In this document: piece by piece, positions 8,842-18,985 of the stretch
Layout of the letters: each line of letters opens with the position of its first letter
How positions within the stretch are numbered: position 1 is the first letter of the stretch
NCBI GenBank assembly: GCA_963725665.1
Contig: CAVRZA010000003.1
Span: forward strand, 96,001-160,000
Reading direction: 5' to 3'
DNA from: an uncultured Actinomycetes bacterium
GTDB lineage: Bacteria; Actinomycetota; Thermoleophilia; UBA2241
DNA: 64,000 bases
Translations under genes and position numbers: made by a program
The notes under the pieces: model-generated
Seen by the model: the letters and a program-made list of their open reading frames with translations, nothing else
Told to the model about the DNA's origin: nothing
Databases searched by the model: none

Positions 8842-9929
8842 GGACCTGGTTCGACTTCATGCGCGCCGACTTCCAGATCATGGTGCGCAACCGCCAGGCG
8901 CTCTTCTGGACGTTCTTCTTCCCCGTTCTTCTCATGGGGCTCATGGGCGTCGTGTTCGGCCAGGAGAACGCGTTCCAGATGAACATGCAGATCGTCGACC
9001 TCGACGGCACGCCGGCCGCGCAGCAGGTGATCACCGCATTCAAGCACGTGCCCGGCGTGAAGACGTCGGTGACGAACGACCGGCCGGCGGCTCTCGAGGC
9101 GCTGCAGAAGGGCGACTACGCCGCCGTCCTCGTGCTGCCCGCCGACATGGCGCAGAGCTTCGCGGCCGGCAGCCTCGCCATGCCCTTCTACTACGACAAC
9201 TCGAACATGATCGAGTCGTCGACCGTGCAGAGCCTGGTGCAGCAGGTGCTCACGCAGCTCTCCTACCGAGCCACGAACACCCAGCCCGCGTTCACCCTCC
9301 AGTCGCACGGCATCGCGGCGCTGGGCTTCGACTACATCGACTTCCTCGTGCCGGGGATAGTCGCCATGTCGCTCATGACCAGCGGCATCTACGCCGTGTC
9401 GGGGACATTCGTGAGCTACCGGGAGAAGGGCATCTTGCGTCGCCTCAAAGCAACGCCCATGCCGCTCACGAGCTTCATCTCCGCGCGCGTGCTCATGCAT
9501 CTCATCACGGCGCTGATCCAGGCCGCGCTCGTGATCGCAGTGGGCGTGTTCCTGTTCAACGTCCACGTCGCCAGCGGCCCGACCCTCTTCAAGGTCGGCG
9601 TCCTGGCGCTGATCGGCTCGAGCGCCTTCGTCACCATCGGGTTCTTCGTCGCCGCCGTGGCCAAGAACGTGGAGATCGCCGCGGCTCTCGGGAACATCAT
9701 CGGTACGCCGATGATGTTCCTCTCGGGCATCTTCTTCCCCATGGACAACGCGCCGGCGTGGATCCAGCCCATCGTCAATGCGCTGCCGTTGACCTACCTC
9801 GCTAGAGCCCTGCGCGACGTGTTCATCAAGGGCGCCAGCCTCTGGTTCGTGCGCTGGGATATCCTCGTGCTGCTGATCACTGCGGCCATCTTCCTGGCGC
9901 TCTCCGTGCGCCTGTTCAAGTGGGAGTAG
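8838..9929 (+). CDS. ABC-2 type exporter permease
   Basis: Overlaps the ATPase by ATGA; YIDFLVPG, REKGILRRLKATP, FLSGIFFP, LPLTY. Confidence 0.93.
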   Translation: MRTWFDFMRADFQIMVRNRQALFWTFFFPVLLMGLMGVVFGQENAFQMNMQIVDLDGTPAAQQVITAFKHVPGVKTSVTNDRPAALEALQKGDYAAVLVLPADMAQSFAAGSLAMPFYYDNSNMIESSTVQSLVQQVLTQLSYRATNTQPAFTLQSHGIAALGFDYIDFLVPGIVAMSLMTSGIYAVSGTFVSYREKGILRRLKATPMPLTSFISARVLMHLITALIQAALVIAVGVFLFNVHVASGPTLFKVGVLALIGSSAFVTIGFFVAAVAKNVEIAAALGNIIGTPMMFLSGIFFPMDNAPAWIQPIVNALPLTYLARALRDVFIKGASLWFVRWDILVLLITAAIFLALSVRLFKWE

Positions 9930-10049
9930 AAGGGCCGAAGCGCCACAGTCGCCTCGTCCTTGACCTTCGAGCATGGTGCCGTTGCGCCGCTGCTAGCATC
10001 GGCTGCGGTGGCTCCTCGTGTGCGGCGCCCAGACGAAGGGGGTGGTTAC

Positions 10050-10340
10050 GTGCCGAAGTACATGATCCTCATGAACTACACTGACCAAGGGATCCGCGAC
10101 GTCAAGAGCACGGCACAGAGGACCGCGGAGAACATCAAGGTGTTCGAGTCGATGGGGGGCAAGGTGCTGGGCGCCTACCTCGCCATGGGGCAGTACGACA
10201 TCGTCTCGATCGGCGAGGCACCCAGCGACGAGGTAGCGGCGGCGTTCCTGCTCAAGCTCGGCGCGGCCGGCAACGTGAAGACGACGACACTGAAGCTCTT
10301 CTCGTTCGACGAGGCGGCGAGCATCCTCGACAAGGTGTGA
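10050..10340 (+). CDS. GYD domain-containing protein
   Basis: MPKYMILMNYTDQG...GGKV..AYLAMGQYD, GNVKTTTL. Confidence 0.85.
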   Translation: MPKYMILMNYTDQGIRDVKSTAQRTAENIKVFESMGGKVLGAYLAMGQYDIVSIGEAPSDEVAAAFLLKLGAAGNVKTTTLKLFSFDEAASILDKV

Positions 10341-10415
10341 CGCAGAGAGACCCCTCGACCGGCGTCGGGGGGTGGCCGTGTTGGATCGGGCGTTCGACCG
10401 TCGAGGCGCCACCAC

Positions 10416-10456
10416 GTGAGGCGACGGGCCTCCCGATGGGAGGCCCGTCGCCTCAC
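10416..10456. terminator. hairpin between convergent genes (bidirectional terminator candidate)
   Basis: GTGAGGCGACGGGCCTCCC-GAT-GGGAGGCCCGTCGCCTCAC, 19-bp perfect stem. Confidence 0.7.
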
Positions 10457-10614
10457 CACTTCTTGGGCGGTTCGCAGGTGAACGAAGTGATGATCGGCGT
10501 GACCTTCTTGCCCTTGCACTTGGGGCACGCCGCGAGCTTGTCGCGGTCGTCCATGCGGCAGGTGATCTCGAAGCGCTCGCCGCACTTGTTGCACCGGTAC
10601 TCGTAGGTGGGCAT
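10453..10614 (-). CDS. FmdB-family zinc ribbon protein (53 aa)
   Basis: MPTYEYRCNKCGERFE...ACPKCKG...; AGGAGG RBS upstream; not in the ORF track. Confidence 0.88.
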   Translation of the reverse strand: MPTYEYRCNKCGERFEITCRMDDRDKLAACPKCKGKKVTPIITSFTCEPPKKW

Positions 10615-10817
10615 GTGCCCCTCCTTTCAGTGGCCCTGACCCCAGGGAGCATTGTACCGCCTGCGGTCTGCGAACCCGGAGCGTTTTCCCGCGTCTGTGC
10701 GCGCTGCTTGTGCCGGATGTCGGCTTCGGCTTTACTGGAACGAGTGGTCGATCGCGGAAGGTCGTCTTCTTCCGACATCACGCCGCGCGGCGAGCCGGCG
10801 ACCCGAGGGAGTCCGTC

Positions 10818-11381
10818 TTGGCCAAGTCGAAGAGCGCGAAGAAGCGCGGTCGCGCCCGTGTGCGCGCCGCGAGGAGTCCGGCACGGCCCGTCGCGGAGCG
10901 GGACTCGACCTCTCGCGCGTCGCGGCCGTCCTCCCAGAAGACGAGGCGCGGCGGCGCCGCGGAGGAGCCCCGGATCCGCTACCGCGAGACGACCGGCGGC
11001 GACCGGCGGCGGAATCTCCTCTACGTGGCGCTCTTCGTCACCTCGGCGTTCGTCGCCGGGACCGTCATCGCGCCGCGCCGGGGTGCCTTTGCCGCCGTCC
11101 TGCTCGTGCTCGTGACGCTCTGGGTACTTGTCGCCTGGCACAACAAGGGCTACGCCTACCGCTGCGCCAACTGCCGCCGCGTCTTCCGGGTCCCCACACT
11201 GGTGAACTTCCTGAGCTTCCAAGGCGTCGGGCGACGGCCCGACGGCACCTACCGCGGCTGGAAGTCGCTCACCTGCCCCTATTGCCATCAGCGTACCAAG
11301 GCGACGGTCGTGCGCAAGGTCGAGCCGGATAACAGACCGAAGCGCCGCTCGCCGGGCTCCGACGCGCAGTTGCTGCGCTAG
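10818..11381 (+). CDS. hypothetical membrane protein with C-terminal zinc ribbon
   Basis: TTG start after GAGGGAG; basic N-tail, two hydrophobic helices, YRCANC...LTCPYC. Confidence 0.65.
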   Translation: MAKSKSAKKRGRARVRAARSPARPVAERDSTSRASRPSSQKTRRGGAAEEPRIRYRETTGGDRRRNLLYVALFVTSAFVAGTVIAPRRGAFAAVLLVLVTLWVLVAWHNKGYAYRCANCRRVFRVPTLVNFLSFQGVGRRPDGTYRGWKSLTCPYCHQRTKATVVRKVEPDNRPKRRSPGSDAQLLR

Positions 11382-11443
11382 GCGACCTCAGCTTCGCTCA
11401 CTGCGGGCCGGAAGACCGTTTTGCGGACTCGACGAGCCTCCGG

Positions 11444-14293
11444 CTAGGTCCGGTCGGGCTTGCCCTCGAAGAGCTTGAGGCGCTGCGCAGCGACGGCGGG
11501 CACGTCGTCCGGCGCGGCGCGGAGCACATCGAGCTCGGGCAGGCTGGCGAGCAGTTCGCGAAGGTAGCGCTTCTGTGGCAGGCGCGGATCGAGCACCACG
11601 ACGACACCGTGGTCGGTCTCGGTGCGGATGAGCCGGCCGAACCCCTGTCTGAACCTGAGGATCGCCTCGGGCAGGTAGAAGGAGGAGAACCAGTCGCGTC
11701 CCTCCTCCTCGGCCGCCCGCCGCCTCGCCCTGCAAAGCGGGTCCTGGCGTCCGAACGGCAGCTTGGCGATGGCCAGGCAAACGAGCACGTCGCCGGGAAA
11801 GTCCTGGCCTGTCCAGAGCGTGTCGACGCCGAGGAGCACCGTGGCGGGATGGCTGCGGAACTCATCGGCGAGCGCGGCGGCGCTGCCGTGCACCCCCTGG
11901 GCAAGGACGAGGACCCCATCGCTCTCGGCTCGCGCGCCGACCGTGCGCGCCACGAGCTCCATATGCCGCCGGTTCGTGAACAGGGCCAGAAGGCGCCCCC
12001 CGGTGGCTTCGGTCAACCGCGTGAGCTGCTCGGCCTGCAGGGGCGGGAGCTCGGCGCTCGGCGCACGCCAGCCCGGGTCGTCGGCGAGGATCAGCGCCGC
12101 CTGGTCGCGATAGTCGAAGGGCGAGGGAAACACGGCCTGCGAGACGTCGAGGTCGTGGCTGAGGCCAAGGGCCTCACGCGTGTAGTCGAAGCTGCCGGCG
12201 ACCGTGAGCGTGGCGCTGGTGAGCACGGCGCTGCGCACTCTCTCCCAGAGCGCCTCACGGAGCCTCGTCGCCGGCGTCAGCGGCGAACGGGCGAGCTTCC
12301 AACGAGGGGCGCCGTGGTCGGTCGACCGGTCGTGCCGCCGGCCGTTGCGTGCCGGCAGCTCGGCCCAGGTCACCGTGTCGCGATCGTCGAGGTCGGGAAG
12401 CTCGGTGAGGAGGTCGGCGAGACGTTCGGCGTCGCCGGCGACGCCGAGCAGGGCCACGCGCTCGCGGTGGTCGTCGGGCAAGGCCTCGAGCGCTGCGGAG
12501 GCGGCGACGGCGAGCGCGCTGCTCGCTTCGGCGAGCAGCGCGCTCGCCGTCGCGAAACCGTCCCAGGCCGGCTGTTCGCGCAGTCCCGGCGTGAGCCAGA
12601 GGCTCATGGCGTAGGTCTCGTCGTGTTCCTCGTCGGGTGTGGCGACGAGGGCCAGGCGGTCGAGGCTGGCCGCAAGGCCACGCGAGAGGCCTGGCAGGTC
12701 GCGCGCCGCGCGCTCGCAGGCGTCGGCCGCGGCGCGCAGCAGCGTGCCGCGGGCAGGCTCGGCCCCGCTGGCCGCGCGCCGCAGGCGCGCGGCCAGCGGG
12801 GGCTGCCGGCGCCGGGGAAGGAGCTGCGCGACGAGGCCCTCGACGGTAGCCCAGTCGGCCTCGTCGCCGTAGGCCGAGAGGGCCTCGTCGCGCAGCAGGT
12901 GGGCCTCATCGATGATCAGGTCGTCGTGGGGAGGCAGGACGTGTTCGCCCGTGAGGAGCAGGGCATGGTTGACGACAACGAGGTGGGCGGCTTCGGCCCG
13001 CGCGCGGGCGAGCCGCCAGTGGCAGCCGGCGCGCGCCGGGCAGCGCCTGCCGGGACACGTGGCGGCCGCCGAGCGCACCTCGCGTGCTACCGACTTGAGG
13101 GCGGGCAGCACCTCGCCGGCGCGATACGGAAGCGCCGAGAGGTCTACCTCGCCCCAGCGCGCGCGTCCGATGAGGTACGCCAGGGCGAGACACCGGTCGG
13201 GCTCGTCGAGGCGGGCCGCCGCGTCGGCCGCGACCTCGTCGACGAGCCGCCGGCAGAGGTAGTTCTCGCGCCCCATGAGCAAGGACCAGCGCCAGCCGGG
13301 CGGCAGGGCCGCTTCGACCAGGGGCAGCTCGTGAGCGGCGAGTTGCCGCTGCAGGGCCTTGGTCTTGGTGGCGACTACGACTCGCGCGCCGCGCGCCGCC
13401 GACGAGAACGCCGCGGGGAGGAGGTAGGCGAGGCTCTTGCCCATGCCGGTGCCGGCTTCGAAGACGGCGATGCCGCCGCGCGCGAGGACCGTGGCGACCT
13501 CATCCGCGAGAGCCTTCTGCCCGGGCCGCTCGCAGAAGCCGTCGAGACGCGCCGCGAGGCCGTCGGGCGAGGCGAGGTCGCTGACCCAGTCGTCGGCTCG
13601 ACACGGCAAGGCAACGAGTGGCGTCGGCTGCTCACGGGATCGTCTGTCGTCGCCCGCCACGAGGGACGGCGGCGCCTGCCCGGGCGGCAGACCGTAGGCG
13701 TCGAGCGCCATCAGTGGGGCGAAGTGGGCGGCCTCGAGGAGGCGCCGCTCGGTCTCGGCGAGGCCGGCCGCACGCCGGCAGAGCGTCTCGAACACGGCGA
13801 GGGTCACCTCGGCGTCGCGCCGGGCGCGGTGCGTCGGCCGCGCGAGGCCCAAGTGGTCTGCGAGCACAGGCAGTGCGTGGCGGTCGAGCTCGGGGAAGAG
13901 GAGCAGGGCGGCCTGTAGCGTGTCGATGGTGCCGCTGGCCGGCGGTACGAGGCCGGCGCTGCGCGCCTCGGCAGAGAGGCGGGGCAGATCGAAGGCGTCG
14001 ATGTTGTGGCCGACGAGCGGCGCCGTCCCGACGAACTCGAGGAATGCGGGGTAGACCTCTGCGAAGGGGGGCGCGCCTTCGAGGTCGGCGGCGGTGACGC
14101 CCGTGCGGCGCTCCGCCGCGAGGGGCAGCGGCACGCCGGGATCGACCAGGGTCGCGAAGGTGTCGACCAGGCGCAGCCGTTCGTCGACCTTGAGCGCGGC
14201 GACCTCGATGATGCGGTCGTCGGGATCGAGGCCCGTCGTCTCGATGTCGACGACCACGAGCTCGGGAGGGGGTTGGCGCGGCTGCGGGGACAT
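11444..14293 (-). CDS. dinG: DnaQ-like 3'-5' exonuclease / DinG-family helicase fusion
   Basis: VDIETTG..HN..FD..HRA..D (DEDDh); RPGQ, EAGTGMGKS, IIDEAH, TSATL, LFT, QGFGRLIR; TGnTATCCT -10 7 nt upstream of ATG 14293. Confidence 0.92.
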   Translation of the reverse strand: MSPQPRQPPPELVVVDIETTGLDPDDRIIEVAALKVDERLRLVDTFATLVDPGVPLPLAAERRTGVTAADLEGAPPFAEVYPAFLEFVGTAPLVGHNIDAFDLPRLSAEARSAGLVPPASGTIDTLQAALLLFPELDRHALPVLADHLGLARPTHRARRDAEVTLAVFETLCRRAAGLAETERRLLEAAHFAPLMALDAYGLPPGQAPPSLVAGDDRRSREQPTPLVALPCRADDWVSDLASPDGLAARLDGFCERPGQKALADEVATVLARGGIAVFEAGTGMGKSLAYLLPAAFSSAARGARVVVATKTKALQRQLAAHELPLVEAALPPGWRWSLLMGRENYLCRRLVDEVAADAAARLDEPDRCLALAYLIGRARWGEVDLSALPYRAGEVLPALKSVAREVRSAAATCPGRRCPARAGCHWRLARARAEAAHLVVVNHALLLTGEHVLPPHDDLIIDEAHLLRDEALSAYGDEADWATVEGLVAQLLPRRRQPPLAARLRRAASGAEPARGTLLRAAADACERAARDLPGLSRGLAASLDRLALVATPDEEHDETYAMSLWLTPGLREQPAWDGFATASALLAEASSALAVAASAALEALPDDHRERVALLGVAGDAERLADLLTELPDLDDRDTVTWAELPARNGRRHDRSTDHGAPRWKLARSPLTPATRLREALWERVRSAVLTSATLTVAGSFDYTREALGLSHDLDVSQAVFPSPFDYRDQAALILADDPGWRAPSAELPPLQAEQLTRLTEATGGRLLALFTNRRHMELVARTVGARAESDGVLVLAQGVHGSAAALADEFRSHPATVLLGVDTLWTGQDFPGDVLVCLAIAKLPFGRQDPLCRARRRAAEEEGRDWFSSFYLPEAILRFRQGFGRLIRTETDHGVVVVLDPRLPQKRYLRELLASLPELDVLRAAPDDVPAVAAQRLKLFEGKPDRT

Positions 14294-14504
14294 CTCATGA
14301 AGGATAGCAGACGCCGACGACGGCGATGGCAGAAGAAGCGTGCTCTCCGCCACCCGAGAAGGTCCTGCCGGAAAGGGCCCCCCTCGACTCGGATAAGATG
14401 GCAGCGACGGTAGCGGAAGAGGTGGTGTCCATCCCGCCGCAGAGCGGCAGATCAGATCCCTCCTACGGCGTCGGCACGCCCGCTCATCGAGACGGGATGC
14501 GCTG

Positions 14505-15761
14505 ATGGGAGCGCCGTCTCTCCTCGGCGGCCTGCGCGGCTACCCGCGGCAGTTCTGGATACTCGTGCTCGGCACCTTCGTCTACTGCGCCGGCGCCGGT
14601 CTCGCGTTCCCTCTCGAAGGGATCTACCTGCGCACGCAGCTCCACTCCTCGTGGCTCAGCTTGGCTCTCGTCTTCGGTGTCCCCGGCGTGCTCACGGCTC
14701 CCTTCCAGATCATCGGCGGCACCATGACCGACCGGTTCGGGCGCAAAGCCATGATGGTCGTGGCCTCGATCAGCGGCGCCGCGTGGTTCGTCGGCTTCGC
14801 CTACGCGAGAGCGGATTGGCAGGTGGGTGCTCTCGTGGTCATGGAGAACTGCCTGGGCTGGCCGCTCTTTCTCACGGCGAGCAACGCCATGGTGGCCGAC
14901 ATGCTGCCCAACGAACGGCGCACCGAGGCCTACAGCATCATCCGCACGGCGATGAACGTCGGCGTCGTGCTCGGACCGGCTGTGGGCGGCCTCGCACTCC
15001 TTGTCGGGGCGAGCTTCCGCGACTTGTTCCTCGCGGCGGCGAGCGGCTGCTTGGTCTTCCTCGTCCTGATCCTCGTCTGGATCGAGGAGACGCGTCCCCA
15101 GGCGGCCCGGCAGGAGAGCGCGGCGGGCAAGCTCGGCTACGGCGTCGTCGTGCGCGACCGGCGCTTCCTCGTCTTTCTCGCGGTCACGCTGCTCCCGCTC
15201 ATGGTCTTCGGCAACTTCGGCGCCGTGTACTCCGCCTTCATCACGACGGTGTTGGGGGTCCACGCGAGCACGTGGCCCTGGCTCCTGGCCCTAAACGCAG
15301 CCATCGTCGCGTCGCTGCAGTACCCGGTCGTGCATCGTGTGCGCGGCGCCGACCCCATGGTGCTGCTGGCGCTTGCGTCGGCCCTCATCGGCATCGGCGT
15401 GGGGGGGACCGGGTTCGTCGAGCCCCTCCTGCCGCTCGTGCTGCTCATCGTCCTCGTCAGCCTCGGCGAGCTCTTCTTCTCGCCCATCGCCTCGTCGGTG
15501 GTCGCCGATATGGCTCCCGAGGCGATCCGCGGACGGTACATGGGCGCCTGGACCGTGGCGTGGAACGGCGGCGCGTCGTTCGGCGTCGTCGTCGGGGGCG
15601 TCGCCCTGCAGACGCTCTCGGGGCGCGCCGCCTGGGGCCTTCTGCTGGTGTTTGGGCTCGTCGGTGCGTTGCTCTTCGGTCTCATGTCCCGGGGGCAGCC
15701 GCTGCAGGCTCTGGCGCCCGAGGCCGATGCGACGGTACGCGACGCGGAGCGGCCGACGTAG
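14505..15761 (+). CDS. MFS transporter
   Basis: About 12 hydrophobic segments, GGTMTDRFGRK motif A, APEAIRGRYMG. Confidence 0.9.
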   Translation: MGAPSLLGGLRGYPRQFWILVLGTFVYCAGAGLAFPLEGIYLRTQLHSSWLSLALVFGVPGVLTAPFQIIGGTMTDRFGRKAMMVVASISGAAWFVGFAYARADWQVGALVVMENCLGWPLFLTASNAMVADMLPNERRTEAYSIIRTAMNVGVVLGPAVGGLALLVGASFRDLFLAAASGCLVFLVLILVWIEETRPQAARQESAAGKLGYGVVVRDRRFLVFLAVTLLPLMVFGNFGAVYSAFITTVLGVHASTWPWLLALNAAIVASLQYPVVHRVRGADPMVLLALASALIGIGVGGTGFVEPLLPLVLLIVLVSLGELFFSPIASSVVADMAPEAIRGRYMGAWTVAWNGGASFGVVVGGVALQTLSGRAAWGLLLVFGLVGALLFGLMSRGQPLQALAPEADATVRDAERPT

Positions 15762-15811
15762 CCGCACGGCGTAACGGGAGGGTCCTCACCCCCGCCCGGG
15801 GGTCCGTCGTA

Positions 15812-16249
15812 CTACAGGTCGAGCGCGTTCTGGAGGTCGCGCGCGTGCTCCTCCTCGATCATGAGGATGTCTTCGAGGGCGCGCCGCAGCCCGTACTCCT
15901 GCAGCGCCTCGGCCTGCGCGATGCGCGCCTTGTAGCGCCGGATGGCGTCGAGCTCGCCCTCGAGGTCCTGCTCGAGCATGACCTTCGACACGTCGGAGAC
16001 GTGCACCTCCGCCACGTCGACGGACGGCACGCCGCCGAGGAAGTCGATCTGCTCCGACAACGAGATGGCGTGAGCGTGCTCCTCGTTCGAATGTACTACG
16101 AGCTCGGCACGTATGGCGTCGTACTGCGGGCCGGTGATCACGGCGGCGTGCTGCACGTACTGGATCAGGGCCTGGAACTCCTTCGCCAGGTCGTTGTTGA
16201 GCTCCGCGATGAGCTGCTCCTTGGTGATGGCGGCCGTCTCCGCGGTCAT
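15812..16249 (-). CDS. ferritin-like (bacterioferritin-related) protein
   Basis: LNNDLAKE..A.IQY, EEHAHA, E..AI..Y, EEEH diiron motifs; AAGGAG RBS. Confidence 0.88.
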   Translation of the reverse strand: MTAETAAITKEQLIAELNNDLAKEFQALIQYVQHAAVITGPQYDAIRAELVVHSNEEHAHAISLSEQIDFLGGVPSVDVAEVHVSDVSKVMLEQDLEGELDAIRRYKARIAQAEALQEYGLRRALEDILMIEEEHARDLQNALDL

Positions 16250-16414
16250 GGGGGCTCCTTTCTTCAGGCTGCACGGGCGGCGACGATGGATAGGCGGGGC
16301 ACGCCGCCCCATCTCCGCTCTCGGGCTCCGGCGAGAGAGTGTGTCACACCGTCGGGAATGAGCCAACCTGAGGCCGGCCGCGTCGGCCGCGCGCGCGGAG
16401 CTTCGGGCAGGAGG

Positions 16415-17377
16415 TCAGTCCGGCTTCGCCGCGAAGGCGAGATCGGCGAGGCGGTCCGCCGCCGCGAGCACGCGCTGGCGCGCGAGGAGCACGTCGACCC
16501 ACCGTGCGGGGATGTCGGCCTCGCCGTAGAGGGCGCCGGCAAGGGCGCCGGCGACGGCGCCGACCGTGTCGGCGTCGTCGCCGAGGTTGACGGCGGCGAC
16601 GACGGCGTCCTCGAAGGAGCCAGACGACAACACCGCCCAGAGTGCGGCCTTGAGAGTGTCGAGCACGAACCCGGAGGCGACGATCTCGGCGCGCGTCGCC
16701 TCGCCTGCTTGCGCGAGCACGGTCGCCACGCGCGGCTCGTCTTCACGCAGGCGGGTGGCGATCGCCGGCACCTGCTCTCGCAGCTCGCCGGCGATCGCCG
16801 CCGCGATCAGCTCGCCGAGGGCCACGCAGGCCCACCCGGCGAGTTGGTCGAAGTGGGTCAGCGCCGACTCGGCGAGGGCGACCGTCACGCGCGTCTGCGG
16901 CTCGTTCACATAGCGCAGCGCGACCGGCGCCGTGCGCATCAGGCTGCCGTTGCCGGCCGTCATACGCCCGAGCACTTCGTGGGCGCGCCGCGCGGCGCGC
17001 TCCCAGCTCGTGCCGCTCTTGACCCCCAGCATGACCGTGCGCACCGTGATCCCCACGTCAACGGGGTCGGTATCGAACCAGGAGGCGTAACGGTGCATGA
17101 CATCCTCGGCGTCGAAGTCGCCCAGGGATGCCAGGCTCTCGGCCAGACAGAGCATCATCTCGGTGTCGTCGGTGACCTCACCCGGCTGGCAGTCGTGGCA
17201 GCCGCCGCCGACCATCTCCGTCAGGACCCCCCAGCGTTCAGCTACCTGCTCGGCGGTGAGGAACTCGGCCGGCGCCCCCAGCGCGTCGCCGACGGCGAGA
17301 CCGAGCAGGCTGCCGCGGAAGCGGTCGCGCGCGTGACCGGCTGCGCTCGCGGGGCTGTCGGGAGAGACGCCGCCCAT
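16415..17377 (-). CDS. ADP-ribosylglycohydrolase (DraG/ARH family)
   Basis: GLAVGDALG, VTDDTEM, GNGSLMR, LTH, GDDADTVGAVAG. Confidence 0.93.
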   Translation of the reverse strand: MGGVSPDSPASAAGHARDRFRGSLLGLAVGDALGAPAEFLTAEQVAERWGVLTEMVGGGCHDCQPGEVTDDTEMMLCLAESLASLGDFDAEDVMHRYASWFDTDPVDVGITVRTVMLGVKSGTSWERAARRAHEVLGRMTAGNGSLMRTAPVALRYVNEPQTRVTVALAESALTHFDQLAGWACVALGELIAAAIAGELREQVPAIATRLREDEPRVATVLAQAGEATRAEIVASGFVLDTLKAALWAVLSSGSFEDAVVAAVNLGDDADTVGAVAGALAGALYGEADIPARWVDVLLARQRVLAAADRLADLAFAAKPD

Positions 17378-17399
17378 CTACCCGATCGGCCTCGCAGTC

Positions 17400-18758
17400 C
17401 TAGCGCAGCAGGTCGCGCGCGACCTGCTCGAAGAAGTACGCCTGGTAGGCGAGGTCCATGACCGAGACGCGCTCGTCGGCGCTGTGGCAGCGGTCGCCCA
17501 TGGTGTCGGTGTCCTCGTCGACGAAGGGGCAGAAGCCGTAGGCGACGGCCCCGGGAAAGGCCTCCCGGAACCAGCGCGAATCGGTGAAGCCGCTGAGATG
17601 CACGCCGACGACCTTCGCCGTGGGGACGCTAGCGGTGAGCACGCGCTCGATGCTCTCGCTGAGCGGCGTGGGCAGCGGCGACTCGTTGCCCGCCGTCACG
17701 TCGACCCACTCGAACTCCCAGCCGTCGATGTCCGCGAGCGCCTTGCGCACCTCGCGTTCGACGTCCTCGGGGCGTTGCTCGGGAAGGATGCGACAGTCGA
17801 TGTCGACCTCGGCGTGCGATGGGATCACGTTGACCGCGCCGCTGCCGGCGTGCACGACGGTGGGCGAGAAGGTGATGCCCAGCAGCGGCTCGACGGCATA
17901 GGCGAGCGGGTTGCCGGCGACGCGCATGTCGGCGATCGCCGCCCGTGCCCTCGCAGGGTCCTTGAGGCGCGCGCGCAGGGCGCCGTCGGGGATGAGGACG
18001 TCGATGTAGGCGGCGGTGAGGGGCCCCACGAACGCCTCGGGCTCGTGGTCGGCCAGCGCCGTGATCACGCGCGCCAGCTTCTCGACGGCGTTCTTGTCGT
18101 GCAGCGGGACCGACCCGTGGCCGCCCTGCCCGCGCGCGGTGATGCGGAACTCGGCGTAGGCCTTCTCGCCGACGGTCACGGGGTAGAGCAGCCCGTCGTC
18201 GAGCGGGGAGAACTCTCCGCCGCCCTCGTTGAGGAGGAAGTCGCAGCGCACCAGGTCGGGCTCGTTCTCCACCAGCCACTTGGCGCCGCAGTGCGGTCCC
18301 TTCTCCTCGTCGCAGGTCGCGACGATGACCACGTCGCCCGCGAGGCCGTCGCCGTCGCGCGCCTCACGCGCGAGGCGCGCGACGGCGACGGCCTGAGCGG
18401 CGACCTGGTTCTTCATGTCGAGGGCGCCACGGCCCCAGACCCAGCCGTCCTTCACCAGACCCGAAAAGGGCGGCACGCTCCACTCGTCGGGCTCCGCCGG
18501 TACCACGTCGACGTGCCCCAGAAGGAGCAGCGTGGGGCCGGGGTGTGATCCGGTCAGTCGGGCGACGAGGTTCTGGCGCTGCGGCAGCTCGCCCACGAGC
18601 CGGCTCTCGACCCCGGCCGACGCCAGGTAGCGCTGCAGCACCTCAGCAGCGGCGGTCTCGTTGTCGTTCGTCGTGTCGATGCGCAGCAGCTTCGAGAGCA
18701 GCTTCGTCGCCTCGTCCCGGTACCCTATCCAGCGGTCTTCGTCGACGGCTCTCGTCAC
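17400..18758 (-). CDS. M20/M25/M40 family metallo-hydrolase
   Basis: GHVDVVP, WGRGALDMK, DEE, NEGG, GGHGS, NVIP, GFTDSR, HSADE; GGAGG before GTG. Confidence 0.92.
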   Translation of the reverse strand: MTRAVDEDRWIGYRDEATKLLSKLLRIDTTNDNETAAAEVLQRYLASAGVESRLVGELPQRQNLVARLTGSHPGPTLLLLGHVDVVPAEPDEWSVPPFSGLVKDGWVWGRGALDMKNQVAAQAVAVARLAREARDGDGLAGDVVIVATCDEEKGPHCGAKWLVENEPDLVRCDFLLNEGGGEFSPLDDGLLYPVTVGEKAYAEFRITARGQGGHGSVPLHDKNAVEKLARVITALADHEPEAFVGPLTAAYIDVLIPDGALRARLKDPARARAAIADMRVAGNPLAYAVEPLLGITFSPTVVHAGSGAVNVIPSHAEVDIDCRILPEQRPEDVEREVRKALADIDGWEFEWVDVTAGNESPLPTPLSESIERVLTASVPTAKVVGVHLSGFTDSRWFREAFPGAVAYGFCPFVDEDTDTMGDRCHSADERVSVMDLAYQAYFFEQVARDLLR

Positions 18759-18985
18759 GCGCGGCCTCCGTGCGGCTTGCCCGCAGCGAATCATACCCAT
18801 CGGCGCCCACTTGCCGCGAGCCGGCGCGGCCTCCGCGAGCCGCCCCTGCTGCGCGCAAGCCGGCTCGGCTACCGGCAGGCCCGCCTGACTACCGGCGGGC
18901 GCGCCCGGCCCTCGGCGCATTCGCGCACCGGTATACTCGCGCTGTAGTCCCCGCGCAGACATCCTTCGACTCGAGGAGGAGAGCC

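Noticed and set aside
14340-14504. Lysine or other riboswitch before the MFS gene
   Set aside because: Only isolated GAAAGG/AGAGG words in the wrong order; no consistent multi-stem fold.
16250-16345. Fluoride riboswitch in the ferritin-like gene leader (GGAGATGG on minus strand)
   Set aside because: Lacks the downstream AACCGC/GCTGATGA..CCTA elements.
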